64,000 nt of DNA, taken from sequence record MZ475898.1; one strand, given 5' to 3'. The notes under the pieces were generated by a model. That model had not been told where the DNA came from and did no database searches. It saw only the letters and a program-made list of their open reading frames with translations. This document shows positions 1-8,844 of the stretch, piece after piece (positions within the stretch are counted from its first letter, which is position 1; every line of letters begins with the position of its first letter). Both the position numbers and the translations under genes were made by a program.

Positions 1-621
1 GAACGTTACACCCTCGAACGTGGCGATCATACTCCACTGACGAAAGATGAACAGGCGTATCTGACCTGGGACTTCGACAACTGGAACGAAATCTACGACC
101 TGCTGGGCCGTCTGGACGAAGATGCTGCTATGGCAGACTTCAAAAAGATGGACGTTCTCGGCGGTGAGTCTCAAGTCGATGGAGACGACGATGAAGACGA
201 AGACGATGATGACGACATGGCGCTCGGTAAGAAAAAGAAAGGCGCCAAAGGCAAAGCGGACAAGAAAAAGCGCCGCTCAATGGACGATGATGACGAAGAC
301 GACGACGAAGACGATGAAGATGATCGTCCGTCAAAATCTAAGAAGTCCAAGTCCAAGTCGAAGTCTCGTGCTCTGTTAGACGACGATGAAGACGACGAAG
401 ACGATGACGATGAGCCTAAGAAGAAAAAGAAATCTTCTAAGGACAAGTCGTCCAAGTCGTCTAAAGTGAAATCCAAAAAGTCTAAGAAGTCAGATGATGA
501 CGACGAAGACGACGAAGATGATAAGCCGAAGAAGAAAAAGAAATCCTCTTCGGTGAAGTCGTCGTCTAAGAAAAAGTCTTCGAAGGACGATGAGCCTAAG
601 AAGAAAAAGAAAAAGAAGTAA
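1..621 (+). CDS. 5'-truncated protein with D/E-rich and K/S-rich low-complexity C-terminus (possibly an ssDNA-binding/recombination accessory protein)
   Basis: Frame 1 is open from base 1 (ERYTLERGDHTPLTKDEQAYLTWDFDNW...) to TAA at 619-621, so the track start at 130 is internal. Lies directly upstream of recA; function inferred from position only. Confidence 0.75.
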   Translation, partial: ERYTLERGDHTPLTKDEQAYLTWDFDNWNEIYDLLGRLDEDAAMADFKKMDVLGGESQVDGDDDEDEDDDDDMALGKKKKGAKGKADKKKRRSMDDDDEDDDEDDEDDRPSKSKKSKSKSKSRALLDDDEDDEDDDDEPKKKKKSSKDKSSKSSKVKSKKSKKSDDDDEDDEDDKPKKKKKSSSVKSSSKKKSSKDDEPKKKKKKK

Positions 622-629
622 AATGAATC

Positions 630-657
630 GGGGTGGCTAGCGCCGCCCCTTTCTTTT
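630..657 (+). terminator. Rho-independent terminator
   Basis: GGGGTGGC-TAGC-GCCGCCCC stem followed by TTTCTTTT. Confidence 0.65.
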
Positions 658-680
658 CTCCACTCAGGAATTATCTCTCA

Positions 681-3182
681 ATGGCAAAAGAGAAGAAGGC
701 CAAAGCAAGCAAGAAGGCGAAAGCTGTTGCTTCTGATGACATTGGCGGGACCGTAGTAGAACTGTTTAGTCTGGGTAGCTACATGGACGACGTCCTCGAT
801 GCTATCGAAAAGAAGACGAAAGTTAGTTCTGCTGATGCTGCCCGACATGCTCCTCGTATCTCGACCGGTGTGCTTGCTCTCGACATGTATCTGGATGGTG
901 GTATCGTGCCTGGCGGCTGGTACACGTTCAGCGGCGGTGAGCAATCATGTAAGTCAACCATGACCATGAGTATCATGGCCTCTCTTATTCGTCTCAAGTA
1001 CAGCGGCATTAGCGTTGTGTTTGACTACGAAGGTTCTACCGATGCCGACTACGTTGCTGGTCAGCTCAAAACATTCGGCGTTAAAGTCGATCCGAAAACT
1101 ATCTTCGGTGTGCGTGATGAAGAAGGCGGCTGGATCATCAAGCCTACCATTCGCTACTACGCGCCTGACAACGGTGAGCGCTTCTTCGATTATATGTCGA
1201 TGCTGCGTCGTCGCCTGCCTGACAAGATCGTTGAGAAAGACGGTTCAGCTTACTACCTCTTCGAGAACACCAAAGAGAACTCGAAGAAGCTGGCAGGCAA
1301 GTACGATAAGAAGTGGTTCAGTCGTAACAACCAGTTCAAAGTTCCTGCGCCAGATGGCCACATGCAGGCTGCTGTTATCGTTGACTCCTATCCGGCAATG
1401 CTGCCTGATCAGGTCGATGACGACGACGGTTCAAAAGCAATGGCTCTGCAAGCGCGTATGTTCTCCGATGGCATCAAACGTTTCCGTGGCGGTATGCGCC
1501 GTAAGATGATGACTATCGTGGGCGTTAACCAGTTGCGCCAGAAGCCTGCTGTAATGTTCGGCAGCCCTGAATATGAGCCGGGCGGGGACGCTCTCAAGTT
1601 CTATTGCTTCGCTGATGACACGCGCATTCGTACCGACCACGGTGTGTTGACTGCGCCTAAGATTAAAGCGTTGCTGGACGAAGGCAAAGAAGTTTGCGTT
1701 GAATCGTTCGAAGGCTTCCAGAAGATTAACGGTGCGTGGAAAGTTGAAGACGCTCCTTATCCGATTGAAGTCAATGCTGGTGGGCATGTGTATATCGGCA
1801 GTGCTGAGCATCGCCAGTTCACCTTCATGCATGACACAACCGCAGAAGGTATGCGTGTACTTCGTCCTGAGTGGAACACGCTTAGCCAGCTGGCGCAGTA
1901 CCCTTCTGCGGAAGGTCAGTATGCTGCGATTCGTCTTGCGTCTGTCGAAGAACTCAAGCAGAACACGCCTGATCAATTCGATGCATCAAGCAAGAACATC
2001 GAGCTGGTGTTGTCTAACTGCGGTCCTGAGAAGCGTGATATTAATATCCTCTCTCATGACGGTACAACGTACACGATGCCTGCTGTGCTGATCGATGCCG
2101 TTGGTCCTTACGATCACGTTGAAGACTTCGCGCATTACATTCAGGACTTCCTGAACATCGGTATCTATGCGTATGCAGACAACTCCGGTATCTGGATTCC
2201 TGGTCTGGTCGAAGCTGACCTGCACAACGCTATTGCACGCGATGCAGACTCTGGTTATCAGGGTGTTGACTTCTACGCTACCTCACGTCAGATCAGCTAC
2301 CAGATGATGGCAGTTATCTCTGACGTGTTCCCAGAGCTGACCCGCTTCGTTCTGGACTTCAACGCTAATCACGCGGAAGAGCAGGAAGAGCAAGTTTATC
2401 TGGCGCCTGGCTTTGACATAGCCGAAGCTATGGACGGCATTCTGCACAAAGAGATCAGCGGCTACGACGACCAGTACGATCTGCTGATGCAGCAACTGGC
2501 CTATGTCGAAGACTGGTTCAGTGTTGATGACCGTCTGCTGCCTGTACCGTTTACGCTACGTGCGCTTGACAAGCAAGTTGAGTTCTGGGATGTTAACGTC
2601 GATGAAACTTCCGTCGTTATTACCAACAACTTCGTTAGTCATAACAGTGACGTTCGCGTTCGTCTGGCTTCTCGTGCTGTGCCTGAAGGCTGGCCGAAAC
2701 TTAAAGACGCGCCTGGCGTTGTCGGTGAGAAGTCTGTTTCTGTTGAAGGCGGTACTGACCGCTATCGCTTCATTGCAGCCAAGACCATCAAGAACAAGAT
2801 GGGCGGTATCCCGAACCAGCAGACGTGGTTACGCCTGTGGGAAGCTGACGGTAATGGTGAAGCACGCGGCTTTGACCCAGTGTTCGATACATGGCACTAC
2901 GTCAAAACTCTCGGCCTCGTCAACGGCACGCGCAAGTCGTTCAAACTGAAAGCGCCATGCCCTGTAGCATCCGAAGTTAAGATGGATTGGGATGACTTCC
3001 GTACGCTGATCAACGGTAACAAAGAACAGATTGTTAGCGTGTGCAAAAAGCTGAAAGTCAAACCTGTATCTCTGCGTCTGTGGGCGTTCAAGTTCGTGCA
3101 GTCTCAGAAAGGCAAAGATATGTTGAAAGCGTCGATCAGTAAGTCCGTTAAGAACGTTAACGACGACGAAGACGACGATTAA
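681..3182 (+). CDS. recA: RecA/UvsX-family recombinase precursor containing an intein
   Basis: RecA motifs: ISTGVLALDMYLDGGIVPGG, Walker A-like SGGEQSCKST, DYEG, Walker B VIVDS, QARMFS, VNQLRQK, GGDALKFY, TIKNK. ATG 681 preferred (AGGA upstream; the GTG at 633 lies inside the terminator). Confidence 0.93.
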   Translation: MAKEKKAKASKKAKAVASDDIGGTVVELFSLGSYMDDVLDAIEKKTKVSSADAARHAPRISTGVLALDMYLDGGIVPGGWYTFSGGEQSCKSTMTMSIMASLIRLKYSGISVVFDYEGSTDADYVAGQLKTFGVKVDPKTIFGVRDEEGGWIIKPTIRYYAPDNGERFFDYMSMLRRRLPDKIVEKDGSAYYLFENTKENSKKLAGKYDKKWFSRNNQFKVPAPDGHMQAAVIVDSYPAMLPDQVDDDDGSKAMALQARMFSDGIKRFRGGMRRKMMTIVGVNQLRQKPAVMFGSPEYEPGGDALKFYCFADDTRIRTDHGVLTAPKIKALLDEGKEVCVESFEGFQKINGAWKVEDAPYPIEVNAGGHVYIGSAEHRQFTFMHDTTAEGMRVLRPEWNTLSQLAQYPSAEGQYAAIRLASVEELKQNTPDQFDASSKNIELVLSNCGPEKRDINILSHDGTTYTMPAVLIDAVGPYDHVEDFAHYIQDFLNIGIYAYADNSGIWIPGLVEADLHNAIARDADSGYQGVDFYATSRQISYQMMAVISDVFPELTRFVLDFNANHAEEQEEQVYLAPGFDIAEAMDGILHKEISGYDDQYDLLMQQLAYVEDWFSVDDRLLPVPFTLRALDKQVEFWDVNVDETSVVITNNFVSHNSDVRVRLASRAVPEGWPKLKDAPGVVGEKSVSVEGGTDRYRFIAAKTIKNKMGGIPNQQTWLRLWEADGNGEARGFDPVFDTWHYVKTLGLVNGTRKSFKLKAPCPVASEVKMDWDDFRTLINGNKEQIVSVCKKLKVKPVSLRLWAFKFVQSQKGKDMLKASISKSVKNVNDDEDDD
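1605..2645 (+). mobile_element. Intein (347 aa) in RecA
   Basis: Interrupts ALKFY|SDVR. Begins with Cys (CFADDTRI), has block-B-like SAEH, ends ..FVSHN, and the +1 residue is Ser. Confidence 0.93.
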
Positions 3183-3189
3183 TTAACTC

Positions 3190-3207
3190 GCGGTCCTTCG
3201 GGGCCGC
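3190..3207 (+). terminator. UUCG-tetraloop hairpin (terminator or stability element)
   Basis: GCGGTCC-TTCG-GGGCCGC after the recA stop; identical 18-mer at 50326-50343; weak U tail. Confidence 0.5.
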
Positions 3208-3226
3208 CCTCTATCTGGAGAAAGAA

Positions 3227-3610
3227 ATGCGTACTCTGATTCATACCGCAGACGTAACCAATCTGTCTGTGCTGGAACTGGAAGAAGGCTCGGTAGCAAA
3301 GCCTGTTACTCCAAATCTGATTTCTGATCTCAAAGAGTTGCTGTCACGCGAAGACCTGAGTCAGAACATTCGCCACGTTGTATTCATCTCTGCTGATCAG
3401 GTCGGTGTGTTTACCGAACCTGAGATGATCAACTACTTCGATCCAATCGAACAGGTGTCTGAAATCAACGCAGGCAATATCGGTACTGTGCTGGCTATGC
3501 AGGTTATTCGTGTCGATGACAAGACTAATCTGATCGCAGTGGCTGGTGTCACTGATGTGGAAGAAGGCGTTACTATCAACGAGTTCAACGCATCGCCTGT
3601 AAATCTGTAA
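3227..3610 (+). CDS. hypothetical protein
   Basis: 127-aa ORF, GGAG RBS, phage-typical codons. Confidence 0.8.
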   Translation: MRTLIHTADVTNLSVLELEEGSVAKPVTPNLISDLKELLSREDLSQNIRHVVFISADQVGVFTEPEMINYFDPIEQVSEINAGNIGTVLAMQVIRVDDKTNLIAVAGVTDVEEGVTINEFNASPVNL

Positions 3611-3680
3611 ATAAAACAAGTGAGGGCAATCGTGTCCTCACTTAACTCACTCTGATAGGGCATTGACCCAGGAGATAAAC

Positions 3681-4403
3681 ATGACAATCAAATTTGTCGA
3701 AGTACCGAACATTAGTATGTTCGAGGGTCTGGTGCATGGCGCCAACCGACACGCACAAAACACCAACATCGGCGGCAAGGCGCGTTATGCATTCTACGTG
3801 GATGTGACAGAAGCTGCGGCAGAAGCTGCACTGTATTCAATGTTGCGCAAGAAGGCACACGCAGATGTTAGAGCTGTGGGCTACTCTGTTTCTCATACTG
3901 TTCGAGGTATGACTCAACCCAAAGAGATTCCTGTTTTCTTGTCGGACAATTTGTCGCACATATCATTGGATTCTTTGAAACAAAATTTATGTGAGTTGCT
4001 TCGTGCGCTGTGTCGTTCAGCCGCCAGCTCGGATAGCAATATCATTCTGTATTACCAAAAGGACATGGCTTTCATCAAAAGCAAAATGTTCGATTGGGTT
4101 CTTGAAGGCAAGTTAAGCAGGCCTTCAAAAGTAAACAGCGAACTATATGTTCGTTCCTCAAACATTGATCTTAACGTCCTTCTTAACATCGTTAGAGATC
4201 ACGATTATATCGGACACTTTGCATCTAACATACCACAAGAGATTACAATAGGCTCTGATGCGAGTGCCATAGATGCAGTCAAGTTATGTGACACAGCCGA
4301 CGTACTGGCTGCTCAAGGTCGCAAAGTGCATCTGTGCAATGACATTTACCGCAAAGCGTTGTCTATCTCCTTTGCCGACGGTATTCCGCGTAATCAACTG
4401 TAA
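3681..4403 (+). CDS. hypothetical protein
   Basis: ORF with AGGAG RBS before ATG 3681. Confidence 0.75.
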   Translation: MTIKFVEVPNISMFEGLVHGANRHAQNTNIGGKARYAFYVDVTEAAAEAALYSMLRKKAHADVRAVGYSVSHTVRGMTQPKEIPVFLSDNLSHISLDSLKQNLCELLRALCRSAASSDSNIILYYQKDMAFIKSKMFDWVLEGKLSRPSKVNSELYVRSSNIDLNVLLNIVRDHDYIGHFASNIPQEITIGSDASAIDAVKLCDTADVLAAQGRKVHLCNDIYRKALSISFADGIPRNQL

Positions 4404-4447
4404 ACCAAACACATTGCTGTGTGTAGTCTTTGGCCAAACTTAGGCTC

Positions 4448-4478
4448 GGGAGTCCAGGACGGGCTCCCATTTTTATTT
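4448..4478 (+). terminator. Rho-independent terminator
   Basis: GGGAGTCC-AGGAC-GGGCTCCC followed by ATTTTTATTT. Confidence 0.7.
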
Positions 4479-4491
4479 CGGAGACAGAACA

Positions 4492-5556
4492 GTGACTGAC
4501 ATTAGAAGCAAAACAGCCTACGAATATCTGCACGACACGTATCTTGAAAACAATTTCTTTGTTGGCGTTCCTCGATCTAAACTCACTGCAAAGTTTCAAG
4601 AGTACCTGAAGACAACTAACGGTAGGCTGCATCGTCATGGTCTTCCTCTCGCTGACTTTATGACGTGGGCCAACATGCGTCCTGAGATCAAAAAGGGCGA
4701 ACAGCAATTTGATGCCGTCATGAGACTGCACAAACTTTCTTTTGATGCAGCCGCCGTGTACACACAATTCGTATGGTCGTTTACCAAAGGTGTGTTCAAG
4801 ATCGATCAAGAGATATGGAAACATCTCGCAGAAGGTGAGCCACCCAAGATACTGCCTTCTGATACGCTCAAGAGACTGCCTAACTGGTCACAGTGGTTAG
4901 ATACATCGCTGAGAATGGTTCGCCACGATAGCGCCAGTGACACGCTATTTGCTTTGACCACTGAGGGCTTCTGGTCAACGTATCTGTGCTACGATCATCA
5001 AAACAGAACGCACATGTTCCTCGTAGCGCCTACCGTTATGCAGATAGGCAAAGATAGTTTCATCGCAACCACTCTGGTTATGTTTGACATAACAAAAGAC
5101 CATGAGATGGAAGACAACATGGATTGGCAAATCACCGCCACATCAACTGACGGTCAAACTTCCGTACGCTTTACTAAAGAGCATGAAACGTACGGCAAGA
5201 TACTTGACGGTTTGGTTAGTGCTTGGATTGACTCTGCTGTCAATGCATTGTTGTTTGTCGCTTCATCCGTTGATAACGTTTATAAAGGAGGTGTAAAGGG
5301 CATCGTCCCACGCAAACAAGGTAAGACGTTCAAAGTTCTACCGATACGTGACGTGCGTGTATGGCATGTAGGTTCAGAGTTGCTTAACGAGATACGCCAG
5401 TATGAATCTGATGTAGCCTCAGAGAGTTCTCAGAATCGTCGTGCTCACATTCGTCGTGGTCATTATCATAACTACTGGTATGGCCCACGTGATGGTGAAC
5501 GTGTTCTAAAAGCCAAATGGCTTCCACCGTGTGTCGTTCGAGGCACCGCAGAGTAA
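4492..5556 (+). CDS. AcrVA2/FinQ-family protein (putative)
   Basis: W..TKGVFKIDQEI..LP....RLPNWSQWLD, GFWSTY and C-terminal RAHIRRGHYHNYWYG...KWLPP match the AcrVA2 pattern as recalled from memory. Confidence 0.65.
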   Translation: MTDIRSKTAYEYLHDTYLENNFFVGVPRSKLTAKFQEYLKTTNGRLHRHGLPLADFMTWANMRPEIKKGEQQFDAVMRLHKLSFDAAAVYTQFVWSFTKGVFKIDQEIWKHLAEGEPPKILPSDTLKRLPNWSQWLDTSLRMVRHDSASDTLFALTTEGFWSTYLCYDHQNRTHMFLVAPTVMQIGKDSFIATTLVMFDITKDHEMEDNMDWQITATSTDGQTSVRFTKEHETYGKILDGLVSAWIDSAVNALLFVASSVDNVYKGGVKGIVPRKQGKTFKVLPIRDVRVWHVGSELLNEIRQYESDVASESSQNRRAHIRRGHYHNYWYGPRDGERVLKAKWLPPCVVRGTAE

Positions 5557-5605
5557 TCACAATCAACCTTATCTTCCACAAAGGCGTTTAGCCTAGGAGA
5601 ATCTT

Positions 5606-6364
5606 ATGTCAAGAGTACAAACGTTGTTCATCCCTGAAGTTGAACGTTTTGAAGCGTATGTTAAGTCGTTGCTGCACATGGCACGCACGCTAGATAACAG
5701 CGGTCGTCAATATGATCGCACGAAACATGTTGTCGTCGTTGGCTCAACAACTCGCACAGTCGAAGCCTACGTCAAAACAACAATCGGCTCTAACACAGTT
5801 CCAGATGGCGTTTTCTGCCTCGGACTGAACCAAGCGCCTGACCTCTATAAGAAATATGACTTCGGCTCGGCTCATGTTGTACTGATGTTCGATCTGATGT
5901 ATACGTCGGAGAGCGCAATCCAATCACTGGCCCACAGACTATTTGATATTATCCTGACGCTCAAGCAGCGACCAGAAGACAGAGAACTGAAAAACCTTCC
6001 GATACATATCGTTGGCCAGAACTGGAAGGTGTGGGATGCTATGATGGAGTCCGGTGCAGGCAACGCAGCAAACTACGAATGCTATTCTAAGGGATTGCAG
6101 TTTGCGCCCAATCAAACTTTCGAAACAGCTTCATGCATCACGTTTGACCAGCTACTCACGCAGGACCCGAACACTTACGCCAAGCACGACATTTCGATTG
6201 GCCGAGAGTTCACCGTGATTGATCATGCTACGCTGATTCAAAAACTCCATAACATCAAATGGGTGTTGCAGTCGGGCCAGACACAACACAAACTCATCCT
6301 CGACCACGCGTTTCAGCGCATTTTGTTCGAGCAATATCTCTGCTATGAGTTTCAGGGTCTTTAA
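5606..6364 (+). CDS. hypothetical protein
   Basis: 252-aa ORF, AGGAG RBS. Confidence 0.8.
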   Translation: MSRVQTLFIPEVERFEAYVKSLLHMARTLDNSGRQYDRTKHVVVVGSTTRTVEAYVKTTIGSNTVPDGVFCLGLNQAPDLYKKYDFGSAHVVLMFDLMYTSESAIQSLAHRLFDIILTLKQRPEDRELKNLPIHIVGQNWKVWDAMMESGAGNAANYECYSKGLQFAPNQTFETASCITFDQLLTQDPNTYAKHDISIGREFTVIDHATLIQKLHNIKWVLQSGQTQHKLILDHAFQRILFEQYLCYEFQGL

Positions 6365-6438
6365 GAATAATCTTAGTCCGCTAACTAATTTAAAAACGTT
6401 GGCAAGTAGTGCTGACGTCTAGTTATCGGAGACATAAC

Positions 6439-6702
6439 GTGTACGAACGTAGCCTCGTGCGATTGAAGTACCACGCCAGAGCACACCTCTGGTACAATAA
6501 TACAGAACACGCTTGCAGTGAGCGGAAGGCTACTAATGTGCAATGTGAACAATTCTTGGAAGCAACCAAGAACTGTCGCTCTGTGCAGGAGTCGCCTAGT
6601 GTTGTTTCTTTCTACTCAGGAGCCGAGCTTGTTGGTCAAGCAATATGGCAGCATGATGCAGACAGTGACAGCACACTTCAATTCCGGCTTCTACTTGCGT
6701 AA
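6439..6702 (+). CDS. hypothetical protein
   Basis: GTG start after GGAG within track ORF 6409..6702. Confidence 0.55.
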   Translation: MYERSLVRLKYHARAHLWYNNTEHACSERKATNVQCEQFLEATKNCRSVQESPSVVSFYSGAELVGQAIWQHDADSDSTLQFRLLLA

Positions 6703-6766
6703 CATCCTAAAGGGCTTTCAGATACCTCTGGCGGCCCTTTATCATTTCAATACACGGAGAAAGCCA

Positions 6767-7033
6767 ATGTCTGTTCAGATTCAACTGTCAGAGAAAAACC
6801 TCGACGATATTATGCAGCACTCCACCAGCCGCATCAGCCTGTCTGAGTTGAATGCGCGTCTGGCGCAAGATGAAATCATCATGCAGAACGTGCTGGTGGA
6901 ACGCCCTGTAGGCGCCGGTGTGCCTATCACTGTCGTGCGTGATATTGTTGATCGCTATCTGGAGCTGATTCGCAATCCAGGTCCGATTGACGGTCAATGG
7001 CAGCCGCAAGAATACGCTATCGTGCAATACTGA
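6767..7033 (+). CDS. hypothetical protein
   Basis: ATG 6767 (MSVQIQL) after GGAG; 3' part of track ORF 6518..7033. Confidence 0.75.
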   Translation: MSVQIQLSEKNLDDIMQHSTSRISLSELNARLAQDEIIMQNVLVERPVGAGVPITVVRDIVDRYLELIRNPGPIDGQWQPQEYAIVQY

Positions 7034-7037
7034 TCTC

Positions 7038-7059
7038 ATGGGTGCCTTAGGGCGCCCAT
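7038..7059 (+). terminator. Intergenic hairpin (probable terminator)
   Basis: ATGGGTGCC-TTAG-GGCGCCCAT followed by ATTCGTTT. Confidence 0.5.
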
Positions 7060-7107
7060 ATTCGTTTATATGCTAATTTCTACCTACATTCAACTAGGAG
7101 AGACAGC

Positions 7108-7767
7108 ATGAAAATATTCGTTTCGCTGTCGGCCCCACAAAAACAAAAAGAACCGCCGATTGTAACTGAATCTGATCAAAAGAATCCTCGCGTAAACGAT
7201 AACAGCAAACTCGGTCAAGTGTTTGATGTGTTCGTGCTCCAGCAAATGTCCTATCTCGATATGAAAGAGATTCGTGGCTCTGCTGGTCCAAAGTACGCGC
7301 AGGTTATTGCCGACTGGCTCAACAGCCAACGCAGTATCGACAATAAGTTCCGTGTGTCTAAGCGCAGTAAGATCTCTATTGCTGTCAAGAACACCCAACA
7401 GCTTGCCGCTCGCTATACGGACATTTACCTGTTGAGTCCTGAGAGCAATAAAGAGCGTTCGTGGTTGCTTAAAGGCGAAGGCCCACAAGGCAACAACAAG
7501 ACGATTGAGATTGGTCGTAATCTCTTATTAGACGTCCTATATGCTTCTGCTCTGACGTTGCTTGGTGCACACCTCGTAACAGAAGAATGGCCAGGCAACA
7601 GCACGTATGATCAAGTGTTGTTTGAAATGGACAAGCGAAGTAAACGTGGTAAAAGGATTGGTAAGCGCTACCCACGCATTGCCAAAGAAAATGAAAACAC
7701 ACTAATCACGATGATGCAGGACGGGTTGTCTATTGCAGAAATCACCGATTGGGTTCTGAAACAGTAA
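7108..7767 (+). CDS. hypothetical basic protein (possible internal virion protein)
   Basis: 219-aa ORF, AGGAG RBS; N-terminal VSLSAPQK. Confidence 0.8.
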   Translation: MKIFVSLSAPQKQKEPPIVTESDQKNPRVNDNSKLGQVFDVFVLQQMSYLDMKEIRGSAGPKYAQVIADWLNSQRSIDNKFRVSKRSKISIAVKNTQQLAARYTDIYLLSPESNKERSWLLKGEGPQGNNKTIEIGRNLLLDVLYASALTLLGAHLVTEEWPGNSTYDQVLFEMDKRSKRGKRIGKRYPRIAKENENTLITMMQDGLSIAEITDWVLKQ

Positions 7768-7776
7768 GAGGAATCT

Positions 7777-8589
7777 ATGTCACTCGTAAAACTTCAAGGC
7801 GTCCCGTCCTTGTCCGCGCCTACCAAGGCCCAGAAAGATGCAGCTATCTATATGTTTGGCTCTAAAGGCCATTCTATCGTTGCTGTGTTGGATAAATTCA
7901 GTCGTGCCAAAGAAGTGCGTGCACCGCATCTCGATGGTCTGTTGAAGCTGATGAAGGAAGGCGAAGATGATGAGATCATCAAATTCGTTTCATCTGCTGC
8001 CGGTAAGAAAGCTCTGGCTAACGCGAAAGTCTTTGCCGTTGCAAAGACACTGACCGCAAGCATCAAAGCACTGAAACTGATTCGCGTTCCGATGAAGTGG
8101 ATCGACGGTCACTCGGATGTTGCTGCTGCACGCAACGAAGAAACCAAAGAGATTCGCGCACGCAAGACCGCGGGCAATCGTCCTGAGAAACCTATCAAGC
8201 TCGATAACCCGCAGGCACCTGCACCTGTTACTCCTAAGGCCAAGCCTGTTCACATCCCTTCTGGTAAGTCTGCTGACACGCTGGTTGATGAGATGGGGGA
8301 AATCGCTGCGCGTAAGATCTCAGGCAAGAGCCTGCAACAGCGTGAAGAGTATATGAATGCTCTCGGCTTTGTTATCCAGCGTAATATTCCGCGTGCAAAA
8401 GTCAACGTCTCGGCTGATAGTGTTATGGTAACTAAAGGCTCCAAGATTTATACCATTGCATTGACCCCACAAGCGTGGACGCTGCAAGAAGGTGTGACTA
8501 AGAAACCTAAGCGCATCGGCACAACGTTCGACATTGTTGACCTGCTGTCCGCGATTGATTCTTCGTTCGCTCCTGTACTGATGAAGTAA
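7777..8589 (+). CDS. hypothetical basic protein (possible internal virion protein)
   Basis: 270-aa ORF, GAGG RBS; N-terminal PSLSAPTK. Confidence 0.8.
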   Translation: MSLVKLQGVPSLSAPTKAQKDAAIYMFGSKGHSIVAVLDKFSRAKEVRAPHLDGLLKLMKEGEDDEIIKFVSSAAGKKALANAKVFAVAKTLTASIKALKLIRVPMKWIDGHSDVAAARNEETKEIRARKTAGNRPEKPIKLDNPQAPAPVTPKAKPVHIPSGKSADTLVDEMGEIAARKISGKSLQQREEYMNALGFVIQRNIPRAKVNVSADSVMVTKGSKIYTIALTPQAWTLQEGVTKKPKRIGTTFDIVDLLSAIDSSFAPVLMK

Positions 8590-8593
8590 CAAC

Positions 8594-8622
8594 AAAAGGG
8601 TGGCCTAAGGGTCGCCCTTTTT
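8594..8622 (+). terminator. Rho-independent terminator (possibly bidirectional)
   Basis: AAAAGGGTGGCC-TAAG-GGTCGCCCTTTTT. Confidence 0.75.
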
Positions 8623-8844
8623 CGATCTATTTGCGTGCCAATCGTAAATAACCTTTCCTCTGCGTTGCCTCTCCTACTCCTGCCTCGACGTACACACGCT
8701 GCATACTCATTCCATTTGTCTCTACTAACTCTGGCTCTAACTCAAAACCTGCCTCAGTTTCCTGCTCACCTGATCGCTAATTCCTATCTGCAAGCCAAGT
8801 TCTTGCATACGCAAATTTGCTATTAGGTTAAGAGGAATATTCCC

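Noticed and set aside
633-680. Track start of recA at GTG 633, and other over-extended starts (10799, 35683, 52895, 54942)
   Set aside because: These extensions run through terminators or promoters; downstream ATGs have proper SD sequences.
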